Origin: Candidatus Niyogibacteria bacterium
Lineage (GTDB): Bacteria > Patescibacteriota > Minisyncoccia > HO2-45-28
Reading direction: 5' to 3'
Assembly (NCBI GenBank): GCA_016432485.1
Contig: CP066691.1
Span: 587,538-651,537 of the forward strand
Length of the DNA: 64,000 nt
Shown here: piece after piece, positions 37,677 to 46,931 of the stretch
Position numbering within the stretch: position 1 is the stretch's first letter
Layout: the number at the start of each line of letters is the position of its first letter
The notes under the pieces: model-generated
The model's database searches: none
Told to the model about the DNA's origin: nothing
What the model saw: only the letters and a program-made list of their open reading frames with translations
Program-made: the position numbers and the translations under genes

Positions 37677-37767
37677 CCCGGGGTGGGAGTTCTCCTTGTT
37701 CGCCCCGCAACAGCGGAAGTCGGAGCCGCGGCTGCCACAGGCAGCCGTTCAAATCCCACCCCGCGCC
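37677..37767. other. GC-rich structured element between two tRNA-Leu genes (9-bp closing stem ggggtggga/tcccacccc, internal hairpins, TTCAAATCC T-loop-like box); not a foldable tRNA
   Basis: About 65% GC against AT-rich surroundings. Sub-hairpins ctgcc-aca-ggcag and palindromic gccgcggc. No D-arm or anticodon arm could be folded. Confidence 0.35.
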
Positions 37768-37785
37768 ATTTCGCTTCGCTTCATG

Positions 37786-37868
37786 TGCCGAGAGTGGGAT
37801 TCGGACCCACATGCCCTTTCGGGCACATCATTTTAAGTGATGCGCGTATACCATTCCGCCACCTCGGC
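37786..37868 (-). tRNA. tRNA-Leu(TAA)
   Basis: GCCGAGGTGGCGGAATGGTA..., anticodon loop CTTAAAA, long variable arm. Confidence 0.8.
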
Positions 37869-38387
37869 TTATTTCTTAAGTCGTCTTCGTCCTCTGTACG
37901 ACGATTTAAGACTATGACAATTAGGACACAATATTTCTAGATTCTCTATTCTGTTATCGTGCCGGTTGCCATTAATATGGTGTAGTTCTAAGGGCAGATA
38001 TCCGTCTATGGTTTTTCTTGCCCATTTACACCTTTCGCAGTGTTTAGGTTTAAGGTTTGCTGAAAAAAGACGGTTTTTTAATTTATAACTTTGAAAATAA
38101 CTTTCTGCAATAAGGATTTTTTCAAGAGGGATTATGGGTTTTCCAATACCTCGCAACCCCGCATTCCACCCTCGTCCTTTGAAATGGCTGACGTCAAGAT
38201 TCAGTTCTCTTATATACTTTTTTAGTTGGTCGTAATTTCCGCCGGCTTCACGAAGCTCCAGTTTGGTCAAAACTTGTCTGTAGCTGAATGAATTTTTGAC
38301 AGACCTCTTTAGCTGATCTGTCGTCCATTTTCTTTTCCTACTCATATATATAATTGATATTTTATCACGAAATGGAAAACGCATCAA
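37869..38387 (-). CDS. HNH endonuclease
   Basis: C-terminal ELHHINGNRHDNRIENLEILCPNCH HNH/His-Me finger motif with paired Cys pairs. The stop codon is directly adjacent to the tRNA-Leu(TAA) 5' end. Start may be at 38345. Confidence 0.75.
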   Translation of the reverse strand: MMRFPFRDKISIIYMSRKRKWTTDQLKRSVKNSFSYRQVLTKLELREAGGNYDQLKKYIRELNLDVSHFKGRGWNAGLRGIGKPIIPLEKILIAESYFQSYKLKNRLFSANLKPKHCERCKWARKTIDGYLPLELHHINGNRHDNRIENLEILCPNCHSLKSSYRGRRRLKK

Positions 38388-38583
38388 TACTTAAGTACTT
38401 ACGCGTCTACCATTATAGTTACATATGAAATTTAAAAAGAACTTGGAGTATATTTACAACAAAGCTCGAACTCATTTTATCAAAAATTTTCAGAAAAAAC
38501 AACGCCCCGTCGCCCACCAATTCGTCGGTCAAAAATCGGAAAGTCTAATTGTGGAGGCCCGGGCGGGAATCGTCCAGCCCTTT

Positions 38584-38658
38584 TGGAGGCGCGAGAGGGA
38601 TTCGAACCCTCGCATAGCGGTTTTGCAGACCGCCGCGTTACCTCTTCGCCATCGCGCC
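38584..38658 (-). tRNA. tRNA-Cys(GCA), CCA encoded
   Basis: GGCGCGATGGCGAAGAGG..., anticodon loop CTGCAAA, U73, then CCA. Confidence 0.8.
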
Positions 38659-38779
38659 GTCAAAAGGGCTGGATTGCAGATCCTTGCCTTTCCGGGGAAC
38701 TCTTTAATATCATTTATTATTGTATGAGTTCCCGTCAAAAGCTATTTAAACGCTTTTGACCCTCTTGGTTACCAGGCCG

Positions 38780-39133
38780 TCATTTTTCTTTTTTTAAAAT
38801 TTCCTCCACTTTCAGCCGCGCTTTTTCGCCCTTGTCTATTTTAAACTCGAAAACAGGCATATACTTGATTTTAAAATGCTCTTTCATATATTTATAGAGT
38901 TCTTTTTTGGAATTTTCAAGAGATCTCATGATTTCTTTTTCTCCGCCCTCCGGCCAGACGCTTATAAAAATTTTCGCCTCTTTAAATCCGGGGGTTATTT
39001 CAATTCTTGTCGCCGTAACCAAGACCCCGACGGCATCAATTTCCCGCTTAATAAAGTCCGCCGCGAGTTTTAAAATGAGCGAATGCGCGCGCCCGGCGCG
39101 CTTGCTCACCCCGTTAGAAAGTTCTTTGCTCAT
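38780..39133 (-). CDS. rbfA: ribosome-binding factor A
   Basis: KH-like RbfA core (RAHSLILKLAADFIKREI...ISVWPEGG); located upstream of infB. Confidence 0.75.
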   Translation of the reverse strand: MSKELSNGVSKRAGRAHSLILKLAADFIKREIDAVGVLVTATRIEITPGFKEAKIFISVWPEGGEKEIMRSLENSKKELYKYMKEHFKIKYMPVFEFKIDKGEKARLKVEEILKKEK

Positions 39134-39195
39134 GTCATCACATTAACAAATTTTTTGTTTTTAGACGTAATTAGCCGTCTTTCTAACGGGGCAGG

Positions 39196-40725
39196 TCATA
39201 TTTCCGGTTTTATTTTTTCTTCCTCAATGACTTCAATTTCGTCGCCTTCGGCCAAGGCTATTTTGGATAAAACTCTCATACCGAATTCTTTGCCCTCCTC
39301 TATTTGCACAGCGCGGATTTTATTTTGTTCCAGTCCCTGTACTCGGCCTTCACCCAAGTAGTTTGCGCGCCTTTTTATCCGGAATCTTTTGTTGACGGCG
39401 ACAAATCCCGAAGTAACCCGTCCGCCAGCGATTTGGTCTTTGGCGTTTTGCTTGAAGATTCTTAGTATTTTAGCCCGCCCCAGTTCTTTTTCCACGATTT
39501 CTTCCGGCAATTTATTTTTTATCTCTTCTTTGAGCCATTCGGTTATTTCGTAGACTATCTCAAAAGTTTTCAGCGCGACACCCGTTCTTTCGGCAATTTC
39601 GGAGGCAGTTTTTTCCGCTTTTACGCGAAAACCGACGACTATTGAATTTGACGATCCGGAGGCCAGATTTATGTCGTCTTCGGTTACGGGGCCGACGCGC
39701 GAGCGAAGTATTTTTATTTTCAATTTCTCCGATTCAAGTTTTTTGATTTCATTTTCTACGGCTTCGGCTGAACCGGAGGTGTCCGCTTTGATTATTATCG
39801 ATATTTCGGATATTTTTTTATTTTCTTCCGGCGCGGCCGCGGATGCCTTGGATTTGGAGTTTTTTTGGTTTTCTCCGGCAAGCGCTTCAGCTTCTTTTTT
39901 GGAATCAACGGTTATGAATTTTAGACCGACTTCCGGCGCCGAATTAAAACCGACCACGCGCACCGGTTGTCCAAACGAAGCTTCTTTGATGGAGTGACCG
40001 GCAAAGTCTTCAAAAATTCTTACCGGCGCGAAAGACGTGCCGCTTATGACGAATTCGCCTTGGCGCAAAACTCCGTCCAGGATTATTAAAGTGGCGGCAT
40101 TTCCGCGTTTGGGATCAAGGCGGCTTTCAATTACGAGGCCCGAAGCTTTGGCAAGGGGATCGGCTTTTAAATCTTCAAGGTCGCTTGCTATCAGCGCCAC
40201 CTCCAGAAGATCGCTGATGCCTTCGCCGGTTTTGGCCGATATCGGCACCAGCGGAATTTTTCCGCCCCATTCTTCAATAAGCACGTTGTTTTCAGCCAGG
40301 TCCTTTTTAGTTTTTTCGGCATTGACCTCGGGCTTGTCCATTTTATTCAGCGCTATTACGAAAGGTATGTCCGCGGAGTTTATGGCTTCTAGTGCTTCAA
40401 GGGTTTGCGGTTTTATGCCGTCATCCGCCGCGATAACTAAAATCGCGAGGTCCGCGACTTTTGCTCCGCGGGAGCGCATTTTTGAAAATGCTTCATGTCC
40501 GGGAGTGTCAATGAAAGTTATTTTTCTGGTTTCGCCTTCGTTGGTGCTTACGGTCGCTTCGTAGGCACCGATATGCTGGGTTATGCCGCCGGATTCGTGT
40601 TCGGCGACATTTGTTTTTCGTATATGGTCAAGAAGCGTGGTTTTTCCATGGTCAATATGGCCCATTATTACCACAATAGGGTTTCGTTCGGCTAATTTTT
40701 GATTTTGTTTGTCTGCTTCTTTCAT
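39196..40725 (-). CDS. infB: translation initiation factor IF-2 (short form)
   Basis: G-domain GHIDHGKTTLLD, DTPGHEAF, NKMD; IF2 C-terminal domains. Confidence 0.9.
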   Translation of the reverse strand: MKEADKQNQKLAERNPIVVIMGHIDHGKTTLLDHIRKTNVAEHESGGITQHIGAYEATVSTNEGETRKITFIDTPGHEAFSKMRSRGAKVADLAILVIAADDGIKPQTLEALEAINSADIPFVIALNKMDKPEVNAEKTKKDLAENNVLIEEWGGKIPLVPISAKTGEGISDLLEVALIASDLEDLKADPLAKASGLVIESRLDPKRGNAATLIILDGVLRQGEFVISGTSFAPVRIFEDFAGHSIKEASFGQPVRVVGFNSAPEVGLKFITVDSKKEAEALAGENQKNSKSKASAAAPEENKKISEISIIIKADTSGSAEAVENEIKKLESEKLKIKILRSRVGPVTEDDINLASGSSNSIVVGFRVKAEKTASEIAERTGVALKTFEIVYEITEWLKEEIKNKLPEEIVEKELGRAKILRIFKQNAKDQIAGGRVTSGFVAVNKRFRIKRRANYLGEGRVQGLEQNKIRAVQIEEGKEFGMRVLSKIALAEGDEIEVIEEEKIKPEI

Positions 40726-40772
40726 ATTTTATTTTTAAGGCCTCGGGAATCATACTATTTTTTCCGCCTCCG

Positions 40773-41240
40773 TTACGCGTATCTGTTTACTGCTTTTTCA
40801 ATTGCTTCTTTTTCTTCGTCCGACAGTTTATGAGGCGATTTGCCGTGTTCTATCGGTTTGGCATAGACCCGGCTTTGTTCCCGGCCATAAAGTCCCGAAA
40901 CCACGAAACCGCTCATTTTTTCGTCAAGAACCGCGATTGCGAAACTTTGTTCGCCTCCGACTCCGGAATACGGATTGAAGCGTACTATTCCCAAGTGCTG
41001 CGCAGAGCGGTTTAGCCGGCGTTCCACATGCCCCAAAAAATCATCAATTTCTTTTTCTTTTTCAGAGAAATATTTTAATTCTTTCTGAATTTCGGCAAGA
41101 ACATTTTGCAGATTTTCGGCTCTGCTCCCTCGAAAAAGTTTTTTGAGCCGTAATTCAAGAAAAATTATCCAGACAACACTGAAAACGGCCGCGATCAGCG
41201 CGGTTATCACAAACCACTCTGTTTGCTCGCCAAAAATCAT
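40773..41240 (-). CDS. N-terminally membrane-anchored hypothetical protein
   Basis: Single TM helix then coiled-coil region; no motif. Confidence 0.45.
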   Translation of the reverse strand: MIFGEQTEWFVITALIAAVFSVVWIIFLELRLKKLFRGSRAENLQNVLAEIQKELKYFSEKEKEIDDFLGHVERRLNRSAQHLGIVRFNPYSGVGGEQSFAIAVLDEKMSGFVVSGLYGREQSRVYAKPIEHGKSPHKLSDEEKEAIEKAVNRYA

Positions 41241-41435
41241 GTTTATAAGAATAACCTAAAATCATAAAAAAATAAAGCCGCTGCTGGACATTCGGGTTAA
41301 ACGCCCATGATATGCAAGCAGTATCCTCCTTCGCCAAGGCTACGGAGGACGCCATAAGGCTTTTTGGGGGTCTTTTCCACTACTCGTTTTGAGGGGACTC
41401 GGTCGGAGGTTTGTTTATGATATGATTGTTTTGCT

Positions 41436-41503
41436 GGGCCCGGAGTGGTTCGGGAGCTCGTTCGTCAACGAGAGTCTCCGGGGTTCAATTCCCCGCGGGT
41501 CCA
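41436..41503 (+). other. non-canonical tRNA-like element (acceptor + T-arm intact; shortened D-arm; GTC-containing 6-nt loop)
   Basis: gggcccg...cgggtcc acceptor pairing including one G-U; T-arm cggggttcaattccccg. It cannot be folded into a standard cloverleaf. Confidence 0.3.
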
Positions 41504-41530
41504 GCCCATAGAGATTATCCACAAGAGATG

Positions 41531-41558
41531 TTGACAAATAATATGTATTTGCTATACT
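41531..41558 (+). promoter_or_regulatory. near-consensus promoter TTGACA-16 bp-TATACT
   Basis: ttgacaaataatatgtatttgctatact. Confidence 0.5.
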
Positions 41559-41606
41559 GGAATTAGTTGACGAACGAGTATCACCGAATTACTTCGAGAT
41601 TCGCCA

Positions 41607-41632
41607 AAGCCCGCGTTTACGCGGGTTTTTGG
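41607..41632 (+). terminator. rho-independent terminator about 50 nt downstream of the promoter (candidate about 70-nt sRNA)
   Basis: aagcccgcg-ttta-cgcgggttttt. A second perfect hairpin aattcccgtga-atta-tcacgggaatt lies at 41637-41665. Confidence 0.5.
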
Positions 41633-41822
41633 TTTGTCAAAATTCCCGTGAATTATCACGGGAATTTTCGGGGGAATTTTTTGAGGCAGTATAATATGGC
41701 AAAATGTGCGGCTCCGCCGCGAATATTGACAATTTCCCTCCTTCAGTAAACTTTCGGCGGGCAAGCAAGTTTTTCTTTGGAGGAATAAAAAGAATGCTGG
41801 TTTTTCAGGAAAACCAGCAAAC

Positions 41823-42443
41823 CTATTGCGTGTCGAACCAAACGCGCAAGCTGTAGAAACCATATGGACTTCCGGCGAGCTTGCCAACTCGAAAGACAAT
41901 GAAGTGCAGATGGTCTCTGTCTGTCCATCCCGTTTTCCCAACTCGAGCTATCACTTGTCCTTTCTCAATACGATCACCGACCATGAGGCCAGTTTCTCGG
42001 AACGAGTTCGGAGCAAGATGGCAATACTGTGAGTGTTCACCATTGTCGTGTCGAATTGTGAGGTAATTTAATTTGTCCCTGAACTGCTCCGTTGGTCCCC
42101 ACTCGGTAAAGCTGTCAACCACTTCAACGATTTGTCCTGATTCTGCTGCCAGGACTTCTGTGTCGTCGGGCACTAGAAAATCGATCGCCCACTTGAATGG
42201 ACCGATATGTGAGTTAGGACTTTTGGCGGCAACGAATTGTCCGACACGATAAAGCTGATCTTCCGGGATCCCTTTTGCAAGATTGGAAGCATCCGCGGAA
42301 AAATCTTTGTCGGTTGGAAGAGGGAAACGATAAGCCTTTTCTGTTTCTCCCTGATCCCACATTGGGTTATCAGCCAAACCACGAAGCTCATCCATGTCGA
42401 GCACCTCGCGTTTATATGGTTTTGTTGAAGGAACGCTGTTCAT
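41823..42443 (-). CDS. M23/LytM-family peptidase domain protein
   Basis: HxxxD ... GDRIEKGQVIARVGKTGWTDRDHLHF M23 signature; GC-rich; no obvious signal peptide. Confidence 0.65.
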   Translation of the reverse strand: MNSVPSTKPYKREVLDMDELRGLADNPMWDQGETEKAYRFPLPTDKDFSADASNLAKGIPEDQLYRVGQFVAAKSPNSHIGPFKWAIDFLVPDDTEVLAAESGQIVEVVDSFTEWGPTEQFRDKLNYLTIRHDNGEHSQYCHLAPNSFRETGLMVGDRIEKGQVIARVGKTGWTDRDHLHFIVFRVGKLAGSPYGFYSLRVWFDTQ

Positions 42444-42590
42444 AAGAAAACATAAATTTGCATTGAAATCAAATATGAAAAAATTTCTTTTGCCCTTATT
42501 GATAAACGCATTTCTTTTTCGCCAAAAATCCCATACAAATTAGCCGCCGAGCGAAGCGAGGCGGACAATTCGCGTTTGCAAAATCCTTTC

Positions 42591-42680
42591 TGGCGGCGGG
42601 AGAGGGATTCGAACCCCCGATACCCTTTCGGGTATACCGCATTTCGAGTGCGGCCCGTTCGTCCGCTCCGGCATCCCGCC
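42591..42680 (-). tRNA. tRNA-Ser(CGA), CCA encoded
   Basis: Long variable arm, anticodon stem CCGCA/TGCGG with loop CTCGAAA, ...GCCGCCA 3' end. Confidence 0.8.
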
Positions 42681-42977
42681 AGATTTTTTACGGGGCGAGC
42701 CAGCGCTTTAGACAGCTCAGCCAACCCACCTCAATATTGGTCATATTGAGTTTAGCAGAAGAAATTGATATTCCAAAAAAGTTTATTTAGGCGCCCTAAG
42801 CCCCCAAATGCCCAAAATGAGCGAAGCCGCTATGGCTATTCCTATTATATAATCGGGCTTGACGGCGTCGCGCGCTAAAATAGTGTAAGCGGCCATCAGC
42901 CAGATAATAACTATTGTAATTGCGAGCCACGGGTACTTCATACCAATTTTTTTAAATTTTTATGAATAATATGGGAT

Positions 42978-44531
42978 TCATGCTTCTCTTATTTCATTAT
43001 ACAACTCTGGATATTTTTCGGCTAGCGCCGTGATTATCCCCATTAATTTTTCTCTGGCCGCGTACTGCTTCTCTTCAATCCTGGCCGATACTTCCCCCCC
43101 TTTTTCCGGCGCCTCCTCGGCAATGTGCAAACTGGCTAAAGTTTCCAATTCCTTTGTCTCCTCTTGATGCGCCGGAGTTTTAACCTTAATATCTTCAACG
43201 GAATGATGCCTGAAAAATAATCTGGCGGCCTCTACCATATTAAAATTAACATCCAGTTTTAGACAGACCATATCCACGATAACCAGACCCCGCAAAAAAG
43301 CAATGACATCCGAAGGAAACTTGAGCCGGTATTTTTCTATGGTCTTGGCGATTCTTAAAAACGCGCGGGCTGAACTTCTTTCGCTGATATCCGCTTCCTT
43401 GTTGCCGGTAAAAAAATTCCAGTCCTTGAGAATCGGCGCCACATCTTCTGTCAGGTGGCGCGTAATAAAGTCCAGGGTTGCTTCGTAAATTTTTTGGATT
43501 TTGGAATCGCTTTCTATCAATTCTCCGTATTCTTTGACAAGTCGCTTGTCTAAAAATTCAACAAGACCTTCAGCGCTTTCGCGAAAATCCATCTCCGTTG
43601 CTCCTTTGATGAAACGTAGTAGCCCAAAATTATCGTATAGAGACCGCCCGATTATTCCGAAATCAATGTAGCCGATTCGGCTTCCGGGAAAAATAAGGAG
43701 GTTGGCCGGATGAGGGTCGGCATGGAAAAATCCGTCTATGAAATATTGCCTCATCAGGTCGTGTATGAAAGAATTGGCCGCGTCCAGCAGGTTTATTTTT
43801 CGTTCATCCAGTATTTTTTTAAGGTCTTCCGGCCTGGTCTCCAGATAAACCATTATCCTTTTGGCCTGGCTCCCATCAAGAAATTCCTGCACTAAGACCT
43901 TTTTAGTCGTAAAGTCCGGATATATTTTAGGGATAACCACATTTTCAAGATTATGCCTTTTTGCGTGCTCATAAAGAATTTTATTGTTTTGGGCTTCTTT
44001 GGAGTAATCAAGTTCGTCGGAGAGCCACTCTTTCAGCTGGATTAAAATTTCTTTGGAAGAGACCGATTTTAAAATCCCCCAGAAATCTATAAAGAAAAAG
44101 GCCAATTTTAAAAAGAGCAGGTCGGCTTTAATGTATTTATCGCTTTCGGGCTTCTGTATTTTGACCACTATATTTTCTCCGTTCAAGACCCCTTTATATA
44201 CTTGGGCGAAAGAGGCCGAGCCAATCGGTCTTCTTTCAATTCGTTCAAAGACCTCTTCCAATTTTTTTCCGGCTTCTTTTTCAAAAACATCAAACATTCT
44301 TTCATCCGAAACCGGCTTTACATTGTCTAAAATATCCATTAATCCCCGGGCGTAATTTATTGGCAGAATATCAAAACGCATCGCCAGAATCTGGCCGAGT
44401 TTTATGTAAACCCCGCCCAATTCTTCAAGAATCAGACGCAAGCGGGTCGGGCCGTCCGCGCGCTTCAAAAAATATTTAATTAAGACCGCCGGCAAAGAAA
44501 AAAGGCGCCCTATAAAAACCAAAAAAATCAT
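42978..44531 (-). CDS. ABC1/UbiB-family atypical protein kinase
   Basis: ADPHPANLLI catalytic-loop motif; N-terminal glycine-rich region. Confidence 0.75.
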   Translation of the reverse strand: MIFLVFIGRLFSLPAVLIKYFLKRADGPTRLRLILEELGGVYIKLGQILAMRFDILPINYARGLMDILDNVKPVSDERMFDVFEKEAGKKLEEVFERIERRPIGSASFAQVYKGVLNGENIVVKIQKPESDKYIKADLLFLKLAFFFIDFWGILKSVSSKEILIQLKEWLSDELDYSKEAQNNKILYEHAKRHNLENVVIPKIYPDFTTKKVLVQEFLDGSQAKRIMVYLETRPEDLKKILDERKINLLDAANSFIHDLMRQYFIDGFFHADPHPANLLIFPGSRIGYIDFGIIGRSLYDNFGLLRFIKGATEMDFRESAEGLVEFLDKRLVKEYGELIESDSKIQKIYEATLDFITRHLTEDVAPILKDWNFFTGNKEADISERSSARAFLRIAKTIEKYRLKFPSDVIAFLRGLVIVDMVCLKLDVNFNMVEAARLFFRHHSVEDIKVKTPAHQEETKELETLASLHIAEEAPEKGGEVSARIEEKQYAAREKLMGIITALAEKYPELYNEIREA

Positions 44532-44778
44532 AATAATTCAGGCGGCGCTTTTAAAGCCGATCATAGCCAACACTATGGTCGTGACGGTGCCGGCTAAATA
44601 CAGATTGGTGGGATCCAGGCGGCTGTCGTTAGATAGAACAACGGCAATCGCCACCCATATCCCCACAATCGTGACTAATGTCCAGGGATAACGCATAAAT
44701 ACATATTACCAATTGACTTTTGCCTTTTCAATGCTAGATTTGGAAAGGGAAAAGAAACTTGAAAAGAAGGAGAGAAAG

Positions 44779-46125
44779 ATGGCTGAAAATGGAAATCCGA
44801 TTCGGTATACGCCGGAAAAAATTATTGAGATATCTAAGCAAACTATTGCGCCCACAACTCAAAATTTTTCGTTCGTGCCCGGCATAACGCCGCTGGGAAC
44901 GCCTCCTTGTTGGATTATGGGCGAAGACGGCAATTTATATTTTGACGCTAATTCCGGCCCCGGCGTTTTCAGTATCGGCCACAGGCGTCTTGAAATTGAG
45001 CGGGTCAAAGCCGATGTTCGTTTCGGATTCGGAGCAAACGAATATCCGAATTACGAATCGGTGAAATTAGCCGAAAGGCTGATTGCTCTTTCTCCGGGCG
45101 GTTTTGATAAAAAGATTTTCTTCTGCTCTTCCGGCACTGAATCGGTTGAGGCCGCGATTCGCGCCGCCCAGATCTATCGCCGGACTCCGATAATGATGGC
45201 TTTTGAGAAGGCCTTTCACGGCCGCACCTACGGGGCTAGGACTTTGACGAGCCGAAAACATGTCACTAAATTTTCTTATCCGGCGTTTCCGGTGATTCAT
45301 CTGCCATTTCCGGAGGCAGAGACGGAAATGGGTAATCCGCTTACTTTTATGAAACATGTAAAAAGGCAGCTTGCGACCGTAAATCTGAATGAGGTGGCCG
45401 CGCTTTTTTGGGAGCCCGTTCAGGGAGAAGGCGGAATCCGCTTTACGAGTCGCGACGCCTTCGAGGCCTTGATGGAAGAAATTATTGTTCCGAACAATAT
45501 TTTGCTGGTGGATGACGAAGTGCAGACCTTCAGCCGCACCGGAAAATGGTTTGCCGCGGAACATTTTGGCGTTAATCCCGATATCATTTGTATGGCTAAG
45601 GCCTTGGGCAGCGGGGCGAAAATAGGCGTTACGATAATGCGGGCCGATGTCTGTTGGCCCGAAGGCGGACTTTATTCAAATACCTGGGGCGGAGATGCTT
45701 TTAGCAGCGCCTGCGCTCTTAAGACACTGGATATTATGGAAGAAGAAAACCTTATTTCTAAGGCCGAGCGCCTTGGCGATCTTTTTCTCAAAGAGCTTGC
45801 TGAAGCGATATCTGAGACGGGAGGCGAAAAAAGTTTTAAACAAAAATTGGTGTATTTTCACGGAAAGCTGATTGGTATTGTGTCCAAGGGTATGGGGCTT
45901 ATGAGAAAAATTGAATTTATAGGGAGGGAAGATGATGGACCCGCGACAGAATTTCGCCAATTATTTATAGAAGAGACCCTCAATCGCCGAATTCTTTTAA
46001 TGCCTTGCGGCGATTCGGCCGTACGCGTTATGCCGCCGCTGGTTGTTTCCGAAAATGAAATAAAGTGGCTGGCCAAAGAGTTGGTTAATTCTATTGTTTC
46101 GGCGTTGGAAAGGTTTAAAGATTAA
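44779..46125 (+). CDS. class-III PLP aminotransferase
   Basis: LLVDDEVQT...MAKALGSG PLP-Lys region. AAGGAGAG RBS before MAENG; the ORF track starts 66 nt earlier. Confidence 0.75.
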   Translation: MAENGNPIRYTPEKIIEISKQTIAPTTQNFSFVPGITPLGTPPCWIMGEDGNLYFDANSGPGVFSIGHRRLEIERVKADVRFGFGANEYPNYESVKLAERLIALSPGGFDKKIFFCSSGTESVEAAIRAAQIYRRTPIMMAFEKAFHGRTYGARTLTSRKHVTKFSYPAFPVIHLPFPEAETEMGNPLTFMKHVKRQLATVNLNEVAALFWEPVQGEGGIRFTSRDAFEALMEEIIVPNNILLVDDEVQTFSRTGKWFAAEHFGVNPDIICMAKALGSGAKIGVTIMRADVCWPEGGLYSNTWGGDAFSSACALKTLDIMEEENLISKAERLGDLFLKELAEAISETGGEKSFKQKLVYFHGKLIGIVSKGMGLMRKIEFIGREDDGPATEFRQLFIEETLNRRILLMPCGDSAVRVMPPLVVSENEIKWLAKELVNSIVSALERFKD

Positions 46126-46130
46126 GCTTC

Positions 46131-46163
46131 CGACTTGTCCGCCCGTGGCGGACAAGTTTTTTA
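46131..46163 (+). terminator. rho-independent terminator
   Basis: cttgtccgcc-cgtg-gcggacaag then TTTTTTATTT. Confidence 0.6.
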
Positions 46164-46188
46164 TTTAAAATCGGGTTATAATATTAAA

Positions 46189-46908
46189 ATGGCGGAAATA
46201 AAAACGAGAACTTCCGAATTAAAGCACCAAAAAATGGGAACATATCTCAAAGATATGGTCTACGGCGCGAATGACGGATTGGTCACGACTTTCGCCGTCA
46301 TTGCCGGTGTTGCCGGAGCGGCGCTTGACCCTATAATCATTGTTTTTCTGGGTTTGGCCAATCTTTTTGCCGATGGGTTTTCAATGGCCGCTTCAAGTTT
46401 TCTGGCGGCGCGTTCCGAAAGCGATGTTTTTAAACGCGAAAAAGAAGTTGAACACTGGGAAGTTGCCCATCAGCCGCATTTTGAAAAAAATGAAATAAAA
46501 GAAATACTCGCGAAACATGGTTACTCGGGCGCGGATTTGGAAGAGATGACGAACCTGGTGGTGAAAAATAAAAAGTTCTGGATTGATTTAATGATGCATG
46601 AAGAATTGGGCCTAGTTCCCGTGGACAGGGCCCGCCCGTTAAAGGGAGCGAGCGTGACTTTCGCGGCTTTTGTCATTACCGGATTTATGCCAGTCGCGCC
46701 CTTCTTTTTTGTTCAAGCCGATAAAAAGGCCTTCTGGATTTCTTCGGTTGTCGCCGGTTTGATGTTTTTTTTGGTCGGAGCTTTGCGAACCATTTTCACC
46801 AAACGTTTTTGGGTTTGGTCGGGAATAGAAATGTTTTTTGTCGGCGGTTTTGCCGCCTCAATTTCCTACGGAGTAGGATTTTTAATCAGAGCCGCGATTG
46901 GATATTAA
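46189..46908 (+). CDS. VIT1/CCC1-family iron/manganese transporter
   Basis: VYGANDGLVTTFAVIAGVAGA signature. Start placed after the terminator; the track ORF begins at 46135. Confidence 0.7.
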   Translation: MAEIKTRTSELKHQKMGTYLKDMVYGANDGLVTTFAVIAGVAGAALDPIIIVFLGLANLFADGFSMAASSFLAARSESDVFKREKEVEHWEVAHQPHFEKNEIKEILAKHGYSGADLEEMTNLVVKNKKFWIDLMMHEELGLVPVDRARPLKGASVTFAAFVITGFMPVAPFFFVQADKKAFWISSVVAGLMFFLVGALRTIFTKRFWVWSGIEMFFVGGFAASISYGVGFLIRAAIGY

Positions 46909-46931
46909 ACCCACCCCTCCACAAGTCGGTT

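Noticed and set aside
37573-37940. Plus-strand ORFs of 87-88 aa in the tRNA-Val/Leu cluster
   Set aside because: They overlap three minus-strand tRNA genes. This is a GC-rich non-coding region.
41552-41941. 129-aa minus-strand ORF
   Set aside because: It overlaps the C-terminus of the M23 peptidase gene in another frame and runs through an intergenic region full of promoter and terminator signals. Judged spurious.
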